A stretch of 64,000 bases of DNA from Octopus vulgaris (GCA_951406725.2 OX597817.1:65348001-65412000); one strand, 5' to 3'; positions 26,616-39,801 are shown, counted from the first letter of the stretch. Notes: generated from the letters alone by a model not told the origin. Made by a program: numbers and translations.

Positions 26616-26980
26616 CTCTCTTTTACTCTTTTACTTGTTTCAGTCATTTGACTGCGGCCATGCTGGAGCACCGCCTTTAGTCGAGCAAATCGACCCCGGG
26701 ACTTATTCTTTGTAAGCCCAGTACTTATTCCATCGGTCTCTTTTGCCGAACCGCTAAGTGACGGGGACATAAACACACCAGCATCGGTTGTCAAGCAATG
26801 CTAGGGGGACAAACACAGACACACAAACACATACACACACATACATATATATATATACATATATATGACAGGCTTCTTTCGGTTTCCGTCTACCAAATCC
26901 ACTCACAAGGCATTGGTCGGCCCGGGGCCATAGCAGAAGACACTTGCCCACGCAGTGGGACTGAACCCGGAACCATGGGA
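26616..26980 (-). mobile_element. SINE family A (young copy)
   Basis: Close match to the other family A copies; (TAAAAGAG)n-like tail on minus. Confidence 0.92.
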
Positions 26981-27074
26981 CACCGATCCATCGCAATGTG
27001 TATATGCGTATATAAATAAACGATGAAGATCCTTTACAAGTCATGTAGACACATATGGCGGGTTTGCCGATATC

Positions 27075-27262
27075 AGTAGTGCATATATTACCCCCTGGAT
27101 GGGACGCCGATCTGTCGCAGGATTACTTATTCTTGCCAGCTGAGTGGACTGGAGCAACGTGAAAATGAAGTGTTTAGCTTAAGAACACAACATGCTGCCC
27201 TGTAAAGGAATAGAAACCACAATTTTACCCTCATGAATCAAAAGCTAAATGACCCACGCACC
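27075..27262 (-). mobile_element. Third tRNA-derived SINE family (CORE/V-SINE-like), diverged
   Basis: Minus strand ggtttctattcc (B-box-like)...tgttgtgttcttaagctaaacacttcattttcacgttgctccagtccactcagctgg...gcgtcccatccagggg. Confidence 0.6.
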
Positions 27263-27280
27263 TCTACACAAACGCACGCG

Positions 27281-27311
<31 letters not shown>

Positions 27312-27586
27312 ATACACACACATATGTTTATATATATATATATACGCATATATATGTGAATGTGTTTGTGTTGTATATATATATATATATATGCATATTC
27401 ACATGGATGATGGATGAAGGGCACGTAACTAACAGGTGTTTAAGGTCGCACAACCTTAGTAAGAGTTTTGGCCGTTTGTGATTTATATTACCGGGGTATA
27501 ATTATTTGGTGGGAAGTAATTTCATCTGAGATCAGGTTTCTTCATCTGAAATCAAGTAAATATATGTATATATGTATGCATGTATG

Positions 27587-27620
<34 letters not shown>

Positions 27621-27837
27621 TGTATGTATGTATGTATGTATGTATGTATGTATGTATGCATGCATGTATGTATGTATGTATGTATGTAGGAAGTTTTGCA
27701 TGCATGCATGTTAGCATTGAAGTATGTATGCATACATGCACCTATGTTTGTTTACATATTCATACATGTACATACGTATATGCGTATGAATAAATTTATA
27801 ATATATATATAATATATATATATATTATATATATATA

Positions 27838-27877
<40 letters not shown>

Positions 27878-27925
27878 TACGTATATATTTATAATGTACA
27901 TATATATTATATGTGTATATTTATT

Positions 27926-27991
<66 letters not shown>

Positions 27992-28579
27992 TTCATTATT
28001 AGTTATAAAAAAACAATGCTAAATACGAACGGCTTTTTCCTATTTACAAAGAAAGCAAGATTGTTACATTGTTGTTGCTGTTGTTGTTTTTGTCTGATAA
28101 TATAAATAAAAGACAGAAAAATGAAAAGAAACAAAAAAGTAAAATATATAAGAATAGAAGAACAAAACCAATGAAATTTTATATCATACAGCATATTTGG
28201 TAAATAAATTTATAGAATAAAGATTTAGGAGGTTAAAAAATCTATATTTATGCATTGTATTCAGTTAATACTTATTCGTTATAAGTAAAAAAAAATTATT
28301 CATATTATAGATATGTGTGAGTATATCTCAGTGTGTGTATGTGCATGTGTATATAAACATACACATACGTAAATATATGTATATATCTATGTGTGTGTGT
28401 GTTTGTGCGGGCTTATGTGTGCAGATGTATTTCTTTATGTGTGTGTATGTGTAATGCTAAAAAAATATCAAAAACGGTTTACTGAAATTGTATGTTTTAA
28501 AAACCGCCCACCTATCTTCCTACCTAACTGCCTATCGATATTTCTGCTCAGATAACTACCCCCTTTTCTCTCCCACGCC

Positions 28580-28614
<35 letters not shown>

Positions 28615-29299
28615 GTTCTAATCTACCCCTTGTTTTTAGTCTTTCATAAATACACACACACACCACACATGCAAACACACACACACACCACACACATGCA
28701 AATGTACACACACACACGTACTCACACACAATAGATACATACACGTTAATAAACTCATTTATGTGTGTGTGTGTCTCATCTTTTTCTTTCCTTACATATA
28801 ACGAGAAACTCGAATAACGATGGAGTGATCAATAAGCTTCATACAAATATATAACTACTATGAGTACAACATATATTGCCCCAAGTCGCGCGCACACGCA
28901 CACACACACACTCTCTCTCTCTCTTTCTCTCTCACACACATATGTATATCTATACAGGTATATAAATATATTGTGTGTATATATATATATGTGTGTGCAT
29001 ATATGTATGTATGTTTGTGTGTGTGTATGTGTGTGCTTGTGAGTGCATACTGAGGGAAATAGAGAGAGAGAGAGAGAGAGAGAAGGGCGAGAAAGAAAAG
29101 GACAGAGAAATACAAATATATATTGGGTAATAATAAACAATGCAATCCTTTACGTAAATTGTTCTATGGTGTATCCTCTATGCACAGCAGAAAATACAAC
29201 AAAACTTCCCAATAAATATGCATAATAAGAGATATGAGATAATGTCGCAGCGCCGACATCAGAAAAAATATTTTAAAAATCTGATTTGCATTGTATCAA

Positions 29300-29592
29300 G
29301 GTATGGCTGTGCGGTAAGAAGTTTGCTTCCATACTACATAGTTCTAGTTCCAGATTCAGCCCCACTGCGTGTCACTTTGGGCAAATGTCTACTATCATAG
29401 ACCCAGGCCACATAAAGCTTGTGAGTGGATTTGGTTGACGGAGACTAAATAAAACCCGTCGGGTGTATATATGTGTGTGTGTGCGTGCGTGTGTGTGTAT
29501 GTGCGTGTGCCTTTATATTTGTATTTGTCCCAATTACAGCTTGACAAATGTTTTTGGTTTGTTTACGTCCCCGAAATTTACCGGTTCGACAG
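29300..29592 (+). mobile_element. SINE family A, 3'-truncated
   Basis: tggctgtgcggtaagaagtttgc...cagccccactgcgtg...ttgtgagtggatttgg. Confidence 0.85.
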
Positions 29593-30098
29593 ATAAAACC
29601 ACGTCAGGCTTTATCACACCTAAAAATGGCAATTTAAAACTGAGGAAATCGTATACCTCCAAGAGCATTCAAAAACGTTGTTAGCTGTTACTGATACGGA
29701 AAATTCTTCATTTAGAGTCATTATGAAAATTACTAGAATATTGATATCTATGACAAAGTTAGAAAGCTTATAATGTGTTGCCTGATTCTTTTAAATTGTT
29801 TCAGACAGATAAATACAAGTGTGTATTTATCTGTTTTTGTAAGAATTTTCATATTTTCGTACGACTTTCCAAAACCCATAATCAGCATTTCTAGAGTGTC
29901 AGAGACACATCATCAGGTCGAAGTAAATATTATTTTCTCTTTACGGCACGTATGGTCCATGTGACTGATGTGTACACATTACCACCGGGTTCTAAATTTT
30001 GACAATTAGATATGTCATCAATTAGGTATTTATTTTCGTTTGAGACTGCATGCTTCGGTGTATTTATTCTACTGTTATTCTTTGTTTTCTATCCACCC

Positions 30099-30133
<35 letters not shown>

Positions 30134-30365
30134 TTTTGCTGTGATATGAGAATTGCTTCATACTTCTATTTTTGAATGGAATTTTGTAGAAAACGCATTA
30201 TTCAAAAGCATAAAAATAAGTCATAATCGTATTTTCAATGCAAATAGACACACGCGCGCACGAGCAGACGGGAGTAGGAGACACAAACACATCCACACAC
30301 GTACGAATCTCTGTATGCTTCTTCCATAATCATTCCTTAGTGATAATGTATTAGCCTGTCTATTG

Positions 30366-30441
<76 letters not shown>

Positions 30442-30493
30442 TGTGTGTATATATATATATATGTATGTGTGTTTATATGTATACATATATCTG

Positions 30494-30526
<33 letters not shown>

Positions 30527-31265
30527 GTCATCTATCTATCTATCTATCTATCTAATACTCATGCATAAAGACAGGTACACATATCCAAACACAATTGCGG
30601 ACATACCTGTGTGCGCATATGTGTGTGTAGGTATACCTGCCATATATACATAAACATGCATACAATAATAGACGCATTCATGCAATGCACATACATATAT
30701 GCATATACATATACCTACACATAGACATATGCATGCATATGAAAAATACCTGAGGCGACATACATAGCACCCTACATGCGTAGATACATACATGCATGCA
30801 TGCATACATATATACTATCGTACATACATACAAGCAGGAACATACATGCACACACACAGAGAAGCATACTCCCATCACACACACACACACACACATACAT
30901 ACACAAACACATACATAAACAGATTATGTGGTTGGCAGTCGATGGAATCGATCTGATCCGGCCTAAAGTTAAATGATTATATAGATTGTAACAATCAGAA
31001 ATGTCGACTTCTTTTTTTATGCTAGTTGTCACGATCTCCATTAGATGACTGGAGTCTTCAAAGATGGACTGATAGCGGTGTCTCAGAGAGAACACATCCG
31101 CTAGTAATGATGGTGGCATTGGTTGTGATAGTGTTAGTGGTGGTGATGATGGTGTTACTAATAATGTTGACGGTTCTTGAAGGGTTGATGGTTTTGAAGG
31201 TAGTGGTGGTGATGTTAGCTATAGTTGTGATAGCAATTGTAGTGATGGTGGTGGTTTTGGTGGTG

Positions 31266-31309
<44 letters not shown>

Positions 31310-31457
31310 CGTAGTAGTGGCAGCAGCTGCAGCAATACTACTGAAGCAGTATTGATGCTTAGATATCGTGTTTTAAAGTACAACTACCTCGCCCGAAGCT
31401 AGGTACGAACTATCGCATCTAGCTTCAGGTGATACATTGTATATATTTTTTTAGCCA

Positions 31458-32029
31458 CAGCAATGATAACAACGACAACAACAATAACAGCAACACACAT
31501 TAACTAGGATTCTTAATCTTGGTCATTCGATCTGCTTTACATAGCAGCCAAAATTTCCCTCAAATTTGTTGAATAAGGCTGTCCTACTTCACTTCATTAG
31601 AAAACTAAAAGCTGGACCCGATGATCACAACTGTAATTACTATCGCCGTAAGTCTGTTCAAATAGTGTTACCATGGGGGTAAACGAAAGTAACAACAACA
31701 ACAACAGTAATATCAAGAGTAAATGCTACATCCACAGTCTTTTCAACAGGAACGGGTTTGTTCTATCAGGACCGTACTACAACACCAATGACAAGACGAA
31801 CAATAACAAAAACAAAAATTACTTCGTCGAATCATCCGGTCCGGTTTTTAATTTTCTAACGTAGTGCATCTAAGAAGCCTTATTCAACAGGTCTTTCCAT
31901 TGTTAAAAGAAAAAGGTAGTGATTCGAAGGAAATTTTGGCTGCTATATAAAGGAGATCGTGTGACCAAGGTTAAGAATCCTAGTTAACTCGTGTTCTCGT
32001 TATTGTTGTTGTCGTTCCTATCATTGCTG
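31458..32029. repeat. Degenerate inverted repeat (arms ~31458-31625 and ~31831-32029)
   Basis: For example ttaactaggattcttaatcttggtca pairs with tgaccaaggttaagaatcctagttaa, and tgttgaataaggct pairs with agccttattcaaca. Confidence 0.85.
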
Positions 32030-32059
32030 TTGTTGCTGCCGCTGCTGCTGCTGCTGCTG

Positions 32060-32120
<61 letters not shown>

Positions 32121-32121
<1 letters not shown>

Positions 32122-32498
32122 GTTGGCATTCTTTCGTCTCGGGAGACAATGGAGTTGCGCATAAAATCAGTTTTTGCGCAGGCCTGGGCTAGATGTAAGA
32201 AAATCCTGGGTAGCTCAATCGTCAAGATTCCTCTCCCGACCTTGCTGACGTAGTCCTAAGGAGTGCAGAGTATTACGTTTGGCACCAGCTTGGTTGCAGA
32301 AGCTGCTGGAAGAGTGTCAAGTCGAATACTAAACCACCCACGGGGATCCACTCCGGATTTCTTTGAAGGTTGTCTCCTTTCCGTAACCCTCTATAGGGGC
32401 CCATACCGGGTATTATCAGCCTGAGCCAGCTGAACCCGGGATTCGTGTGAAGATCGTCACTCCCTGAAGTAGTGAAGAAAATCGCTACCCACTCCCTT

Positions 32499-32499
<1 letters not shown>
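32121..32499 (-). mobile_element. Non-autonomous bipartite RTE-derived element (RTE 5'UTR joined to RTE 3' tail) in (TAC)n
   Basis: Minus strand has the RTE/BovB-like 5'UTR motif ccaagctggtgccaaacgta...ggaatcttgacga...cccaggcctg, followed directly by the tail ccattgtctcccgagacgaaagaatgccaaca(gta)n; flanked by (ACT)n on both sides. Confidence 0.65.
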
Positions 32500-32559
<60 letters not shown>

Positions 32560-32947
32560 GGCAATATAACGCGAACGACAAAACAGCAGCAAATGATAAC
32601 AACTGCTACTTTTTTCTTTATTCGAATCATCCCTAGGCTACTTCTAGGCAATTGATTAGAGGGAAGAGAATTAATGCCATAAAAACCCTCTCTACATATA
32701 TGCATAAGCTGTCAATGATGTATTTGATAAAACTGAATACAAAGATAAAATTATAAAAGAACTAATGGAAAATCTAATTGCCATGAAATACTGTACATGA
32801 GATGATAATAAGGAAACTAAAAAAAAGTGGAATAATGTGACATGTTAATAACAAATACGCTAAAAATGTTAATATGAAAGCAATTGCCAAAGTTAGGCAA
32901 AGTACTTGTTAACCCTGCATTAAAAAAAAAGATGAAGGTCATATTCT

Positions 32948-33180
32948 TATTTCTTTATTGCCCACAAGGGGCTAAACGTAGAAGGGACAAACAAGGACTG
33001 ACAAAGGGATTAAATCGATTACATCGACCTCAGTGCGTAACTGGTACTTAATTTATCGACCCCGAAAGGATGAAAAGCAAAGTCTACCTCGGCGAAATTC
33101 GAACTCAGAACGTAAAGACAGACTAAAAACTGCTAAGCATTTCGCCCGGCGTGCTAACGTTTCTGCCAGCTCGCCGCCTT
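32948..33180 (-). mobile_element. SINE family B monomer with 16-bp TSD
   Basis: Full head aaggcggcgagctggcagaaacgttagc; TSD atgaaggtcatattct (32932-32947) vs atgaagatcaaattct (33181-33196). Confidence 0.93.
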
Positions 33181-33769
33181 ATGAAGATCAAATTCTGCCG
33201 GAAAAGAAGAGCGGGACGTCTTTTCCAAAATTCAGCGGCTTTTGGAAATGCTTTGTGCATGGAACTTGCAGCGTATCTGTGAAATACCCATGAAACATGG
33301 ATGTAATTTGTGAAAATTGGCAAATTGAGTATAGATGAGAAGTGACCTGATTGACTGGACCAGGGAATGAACTCATCCGAACATCTTATAATACCACCAT
33401 GACGACCACCAGCGGCAACAACAACAGCAGTAAAACAAAATAAACAAGATCATTACCACTACCAGCAACGATAAACGTTTCACAAAAATCCACAAATCAT
33501 CGCAGCAACATGAGTAACATAAAACAACACTAAAAACTGAATCAACAGCAATAACAACGAAGATAGCAACCATCACACGACAACAATAACAATAATAACA
33601 CCAATAAAAACGTCAGAAGACGTTGCCGTCCTAATATAAACAGCGGTAGCAATTTCAACAATAACAATTACATTAACATACAGCAGTAGTAACAGCAATA
33701 ACAACAACAATAAAAAGGAAAGCAATGTCGGAAGCCGGCAACGACAGCAGATACTGCAAAAAGAACAAC

Positions 33770-33838
33770 AATACGACCGTCATAATATACGAATACGACC
33801 GTCATAATATACGAATACGACCGTCATAATATACGAAT
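33770..33838. repeat. Perfect 22-bp minisatellite x3
   Basis: aatacgaccgtcataatatacg three times with no spacers. Confidence 0.95.
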
Positions 33839-34794
33839 CCAGAGTCACTGACAGCAGTAACAACAATTAACAAATACATTATCAGCTACCGAGGATGCCT
33901 CTATGTGGTTACTAGACTTGTTGGAAATAGCTACTAAATCACACCTTAGAGACTTAGAAAGGGCCACATTAGACAATGCGATCCTCGGTTTCTTCCATGT
34001 AGTAAAAAGTTAGAATGTCAGCTGGAATAGATTCGTTCGCATGTCTGACCTACAACAGCAACGATGACAGCGACAAGAATAAAAGCAACAACAGCATCAA
34101 CAGCAATGCTAAGGAATCCCGTGATGTAATGAAAGAGAGATTCTGATATTAGAAATCGCTGTGTTACTATGACAACGTTTTACTTGTACGTGACAACATC
34201 AATATTAATAAATGTGGAGGCTTGCTTGTTTGTGTATGTGTGTGTGTTGAAGGGTGGGGCAGTGAGCAAGAGAATGATTGCATGTCAAAGGCTTTTCTTA
34301 GATGTTTTATGGTTAGTGTTATCGATTTCTGAAGACAGAAACCCTAAAGTCTGATGATTAAATCTGTTGCCTTAGCTAATCGGTCTTGTTGGTGTGCTAA
34401 GTTCTAAGATCTTTAATTTCGTCAGTGTGAGATCAATAAAACGCAGTACCAGAAGTATATTAGAGTCACATTTTGTCTGAGGGGGAAATCCCTTGCTTTT
34501 GCTAGTTGGACCTGTTGACATTCTAAGTTCAAATTAAATTGAGAATTAGACCTAGACTTTCATCAGGCTCTGATCGATAAAACACTGTGCCAAATGTGTA
34601 ATGAGATCAAATTTAATCGATTATACTCCTTCTCAACTCAACAAATTAGATTAAACGTGTGATTCTTTATGCTGGTAGTTCTGGGGGTGAAATGAAATAT
34701 TACAGAGACACCTCAGAATGTTTAAAAACAATTATGTGTGGAAAATTTAGAGAAAGAAATGTTTGATTTAGGCAGAATACAAGCAATTTTAATT

Positions 34795-34985
34795 ACAAGT
34801 GGGGACAGACGATTCCATTGATCCTGTGCGTGACTGTTTCTTCATTTTATAAACCGCGAATGGATGAACGGCAAAGTCGATTTCGGCGGGATTTGAACTC
34901 CGAATGTAAAAAGGCAGAACAAACTCTGCAAAGCATTTATTTTTTTCTGACGCTATTACGATTCTTTCTGTTCATTGCATTCCTT
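34795..34985 (-). mobile_element. SINE family B, diverged
   Basis: ggatgaacggcaaagtcgatttcggcgggatttgaactc...aagcattt. Confidence 0.75.
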
Positions 34986-35639
34986 GTTTTATTAATCATA
35001 TTTTGGTATAGCAAAATTATGAATAACACGTTTCTCAAGACGTCCAGTTATTAGAATTGAATTTTTCAAGCTAACCTCCTTGATGCACCTTCGGAAATCG
35101 GTTCCGTTTAAAAACCACTGAAATACACAATCGTTCTAGCTAAGAAAGGAGCTGCAATTTATACCCAGTTTTTTGCTCGTTTTTTAAAGGAAAGAATGAG
35201 CAAAAGTCTTCACATCAGGGCCAATTGAAGTCTAACCAACAGCAACACCACTAGCATCAATAAATAACGACAATATGCCATAATTGCTTAGAGTGGTGCA
35301 CATAAGTGCTCTAAGTATATTATAACACCTTTTCTCGGTCATATATATGCGACGAAGAAGAATCACGATTGCTGCTGTTGCTGTTACTGTTGTTGTTGTT
35401 CGTGGTGGTGAAGGAAATAGTTACATCTTCTGACTGTTACTGATAATAATGTTAGTGGTGTTGGTGGTAACGGAGTGGTAGAAGAGATGCTTTATCACTT
35501 GATGACGTTTTATTGAAGTTGAGTGGACTTTATATTAACGTTTTGCAATCTGTTGTTGACCAGATAAAGCTTTAAATGTTTTACAACTTTGTCATGTCCA
35601 TTAGTACTGAATACATTAGTACTGTTTCTTTCTGTGTTC

Positions 35640-35675
35640 CTTTCTGTGGAAGGGCGTTGGCTCGAAACGTAAAAG
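35640..35675 (+). ncRNA. Degenerate minimal type I hammerhead ribozyme-like motif
   Basis: CUUU-CUGUGGA-A-GGGC-GUUG-GCUC-GAAA-CGUA-AAAG; same architecture as 19561-19595 with compensatory stem I. Confidence 0.55.
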
Positions 35676-35752
35676 ACTTTTCAATTCCTGAGCGTTATAC
35701 TAATACATCTGTTTCTTTTCTACACCACCTGTCTTCGTCTTTTGTCCCCCCC

Positions 35753-35798
<46 letters not shown>

Positions 35799-35803
35799 TA
35801 TAT

Positions 35804-36197
35804 GGCGCAGGCATGGGTATGTGGTAAGAAGTTTGCTTCTCAACCGCATATATCCGGGTTCAGTTCCACTGCATGGTACTTTGGGCAAGTGTCTTCTACT
35901 ATAGCCCCGCGCCAACCAAAGCCTTGCGAGTGGATGGATTTGGTCGACGGAAACTGAAAGAAGTTCGTCGCGCACGTACACACACATGTGTGTATGTGTG
36001 CGTGTGCGTGTGTGTGTTTGTCTTTGACAACCGATATTAGTTTGTTTATATCCCCGTAACATAGTGGTTCGGCAATAGAAAAAGATAGAAAAAGTACCAC
36101 GCTTTAAAAAATGAATAAACTGGTTGACGCGTTCGACAGAAGGCCGTCATGGCGTTGCACCTGCATGGCCTCGGTCCAACGACTGAAACAAATAAAA
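35804..36197 (+). mobile_element. SINE family A, full length
   Basis: ggcgcaggcatgggtatgtggtaag...gggttcagttcc...gactgaaacaaataaaa. Confidence 0.9.
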
Positions 36198-36531
36198 TAT
36201 GTATGTATGTGTATATCTGTGTGTAGGTAGGTGAATGTATAGGTTGCAGGGACACTTACAAAACATATTCTACAATATAGTATTATGCAGCCTCTCACGC
36301 CACTGCGATCGTCAGATGGGTTCTCGCCTGAGGATTGTTATGTGTAATCATATAAAGTGATAGTTATCTAGCTAGTTAGCTAAGCACCAGATCGACCGAT
36401 TGATCAATTGACAGAAAGGTAGATAGCTGGCTAATAGATAATTAGATGCACAGGTAGATAACAAATGAATTAATAGATTGTTAAAAAGACAGACAAATGG
36501 ATAAATAGAAAAAGAGAGATAGATAGTTAAT

Positions 36532-36586
<55 letters not shown>

Positions 36587-36652
36587 GTAGGTAGATAGAT
36601 AGGTAGATATATAGACAGACAGACATACATACAGACAGACAGACAGACAGCC

Positions 36653-36714
<62 letters not shown>

Positions 36715-37191
36715 ACAGATAGTAGAGACTTAGCCAGCCTTACAGATAGGTTGGCGCATAAATCACGAGAGATTATTACATGTAAGTTCTCTGCTTACCA
36801 AGAATCTAAAAAAATGCATTGACTCACCCAAATCTCGCGCGTGCAAACGCACAAACGCGCACACTCGCATGCATCCACACAAAGACCATACTGACACAGA
36901 CACTCATGCGCATACATTCACACACACACGCTCCATACAGAAATACGTAATTATGCACAGACAGTCATATACATATGTCTACATGTACAGAGACATGCAC
37001 ACTTACATAGGCATCTTCAGACATGCACATATTCTCAAATAGCATTTATCCTTCTACTACAGTCATCTACTTAGACATACACACAGATACATAACTACGT
37101 ACACGCATATACATTACACGATAGGACAGATTTGATTGAGTGGATAATGGCCGACAAAGTTGTTGGATTTTAGCGCTGAGGGCGTTGATGG

Positions 37192-37390
37192 TGTTGCTTA
37201 GTCCCGCTCAGACCCTGATTCAGCAGAACTATGAGAAAGCGCACCACATCCATGACCTAGTAGTATCTAGGACGATCTTAACCAACGTGTCTGTCTCCTC
37301 TTGTTTAAGAGGGTACGCTTTGATTTGAGTGAGATTGAATAAGATTTAGCTGCTATTTCTAGAAGTTTGGGAAACCACGGAGATGGCATG
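37192..37390 (-). mobile_element. ~200-bp dispersed repeat family C with (AAC)n tail (other copies ~39368-39543, ~60255-60483, ~25918-25995, ~33890-34050, ~54820-54880)
   Basis: Recurrent motif gatttggctgctatttctag...gaccacgtagaggctcc and terminal ttgttgtttagcccc...cagacc in several copies. Confidence 0.65.
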
Positions 37391-38295
37391 TATGGTTGTT
37401 GTTGTTAGTGGTGATGTAATGTTGACAGTGTTGTAGTAGTGACGGTGGTATTAATGGGGAGGGTGATAATGGCACGGTGGTGATGATGACAATGGTGGCA
37501 GTGTTGATAATATTGATAGAGATGTGTGTTGGTGATGGTGGTTGTGATGGTAGTTGTTGCGATGGTAGTGATGGTGATGGTGGTTGTGATGGCTATGGTG
37601 TTGGTACTGGTGGTAGAGATGGTGGATGTGGTGGTGATGATTTTTTTAATAGTTGTGTGGTACGGAGTGACCTGGGACGATATTTCTGAGCGGAAACGGA
37701 TCGGAATAGTGGAAGAATGAGTAAACGGAAAAAGAAAGGAGAAAAAGAAAGAGTAAAGAAGAGAGAGAGAGAGAGAGAGAAAATGTAAGGGAGGGTGGGA
37801 GAGACAGACACACAAACACAAAGAGAAAGGAAGAAAGAAAAGGGAGTTGATAAATAGAAAATTGGAGGGGAAAAAGATAGTAAGGCATGTGGAGTAATGA
37901 TAGTGGTAGCTGTAGAGCTAGTGGTTGCGGAGGTGGTGATGGTGGTGGTTGTAGCGGTTGTGGTAGTTGTGATGGTAGTGGGTGTTTTGATGGTGGTAGT
38001 TGTGGTAGTGGCAGTTGTGGTGCTGGTTGTTCTTGTGATGGTGGCATTCATGATGGCGATGTTGTTGGTGTACTGAAAGTATAGAAGTGTCTAAAGTAGT
38101 TGCGATGGTTGTGTAGGGAGTGGCCTATGCGGAGGCGAGCTGTTATTGTGTAATAGAGGCAGGCAGTGGTGGTTGTTGCTGTTTATTGTTCTGCTTACTT
38201 GCCTCCAAGTCAACTCTGTTTGAATGTTTCTGATATGATCATCCAGTGTGTGCCTATGTGTGTGTATGTGTGCGCGAAAAAGAGAGAGAGAAAAT

Positions 38296-38333
<38 letters not shown>

Positions 38334-38380
38334 GAGAGAAAAGAGAGAGAGAGAGAGAGAAAAGAGAGAAAGAAAGAAAG

Positions 38381-38418
<38 letters not shown>

Positions 38419-38439
38419 TATAGGTACTTGATAAGGGAA

Positions 38440-39090
38440 CAAGTGGTTATAAAGCGAGCTTCTTAACCACTTGCTTTTGGGTTCAGTCCCACTGCGCGGC
38501 ACCTTGGGAAAGTGTCTTCTATAGCCTCGGGCAGACCAAGACCTTGTGAGTAGGTTTGGTGAAAGGAAACTGTGGAAGTCTGTTGTATACATAGTGTATG
38601 TGTGTGTGTGCCTGTGCTTGTGTTTGACCCTCCCACTCACACACACCATCGCTTGACAGCCGGTGTTGTTTCCTTTACACCAGTGCACCTCAACCATTTC
38701 TTGTCTATGCACTCCTTTAATTTCTATTTTACTCTACTGGGCTTCCATGGCCATTCGAAGTTTTTAAAATCCTATTACATTTTTATAATTACATATTATT
38801 AGAAATTGTATAAGAAAATATTAAATGTAATGAAGAAGTATGACCAATTTATTGCATATAAATTTTAACAACAAAATCTTATATGGGGCTACCAAGGGCC
38901 ATATGGACCCTGGTTGAAAACCACTGCTCTGCATCCTCCTAACCAAGTGGTTCGGCAAAAATAGAGACCGATATAATAAGTATAAGAGAAAAAAAAATGT
39001 ACTGGTGTCGAGTTGTTTGTCTAAGATCCTTCGAGCCGGTGCCTCAGCACGGATGCAGTCGGATGACTGAAACAAGTAAAAAATAAAAAG
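38440..39090 (+). mobile_element. SINE family A interrupted by a hAT MITE
   Basis: 5' part ends at 38680 and the 3' part resumes at 38927 (gtggttcggcaaaaatagagaccgat...gactgaaacaagtaaa). Confidence 0.88.
38681..38926 (-). mobile_element. hAT-type MITE with degenerate 8-bp TSD
   Basis: Termini cagtgcacctcaacc ... ggttgaaaaccactg; flanks ctttacac / ctctgcat; reverse-complement homolog of 6166-6487. Confidence 0.82.
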
Positions 39091-39724
39091 CGTAAACGAT
39101 AGAATATGTAGAATCACATTATTCGATCTGCTTCTAACATGTGATTTGTTGTAGACATTTAACCCATGGACTACTTTGAGTAGGCCTATTATCAAAGTCA
39201 TTCCAAATATGATAGTTCCGCAGTTTTATTTTATTTTTTTTCTCATACATATATCTATGATTACACAATCCATTGTATCTTTCTTTTCTAAGACAGTAAG
39301 TTTGCCACCGCCGCCGCTGCTGGTGCTACTGCTGGTGCTGTTAGTGCTACTGCTGCTGCTGCTGCCATTGTTGTTTAAGCCCCGTCTGACCTGACTGAAC
39401 AAACCAGTGATTGATTGAAGGCATTCCATCCATGATCATCCTGGTTTGTGTATCTTGTATTTGCAAGATTGTAGCGTATATTTGAAGGAATTCAGCTGCT
39501 ATTTGCAACTTGTCGAGAGACCATGTAGAGACTCCTTCGTTGGATCATCAAACTGTGTTGCGGTGGAGAGGGATGATAGCTGTTCGATAATAGCGTGGTG
39601 CAGGCTACAGTTGTGATAGTGGTGGCGTGTTGGCGCAGGCTGCAGTTGTGATAGTGATGATACTGTGGTGCAAGTTGCAGAGATTGTGATGGCGAAATTG
39701 CTGAGTGTATGGACGCGCGCACAT

Positions 39725-39801
<77 letters not shown>

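Noticed and set aside
33770-33838. Possible CRISPR array
   Set aside because: No spacers; simple tandem repeat
37477-38084. Gly/Cys-rich ORFs resembling keratin-associated or metallothionein-like proteins
   Set aside because: Degenerate (GGT/GAT/TGT)n low-complexity DNA with no splice or codon evidence
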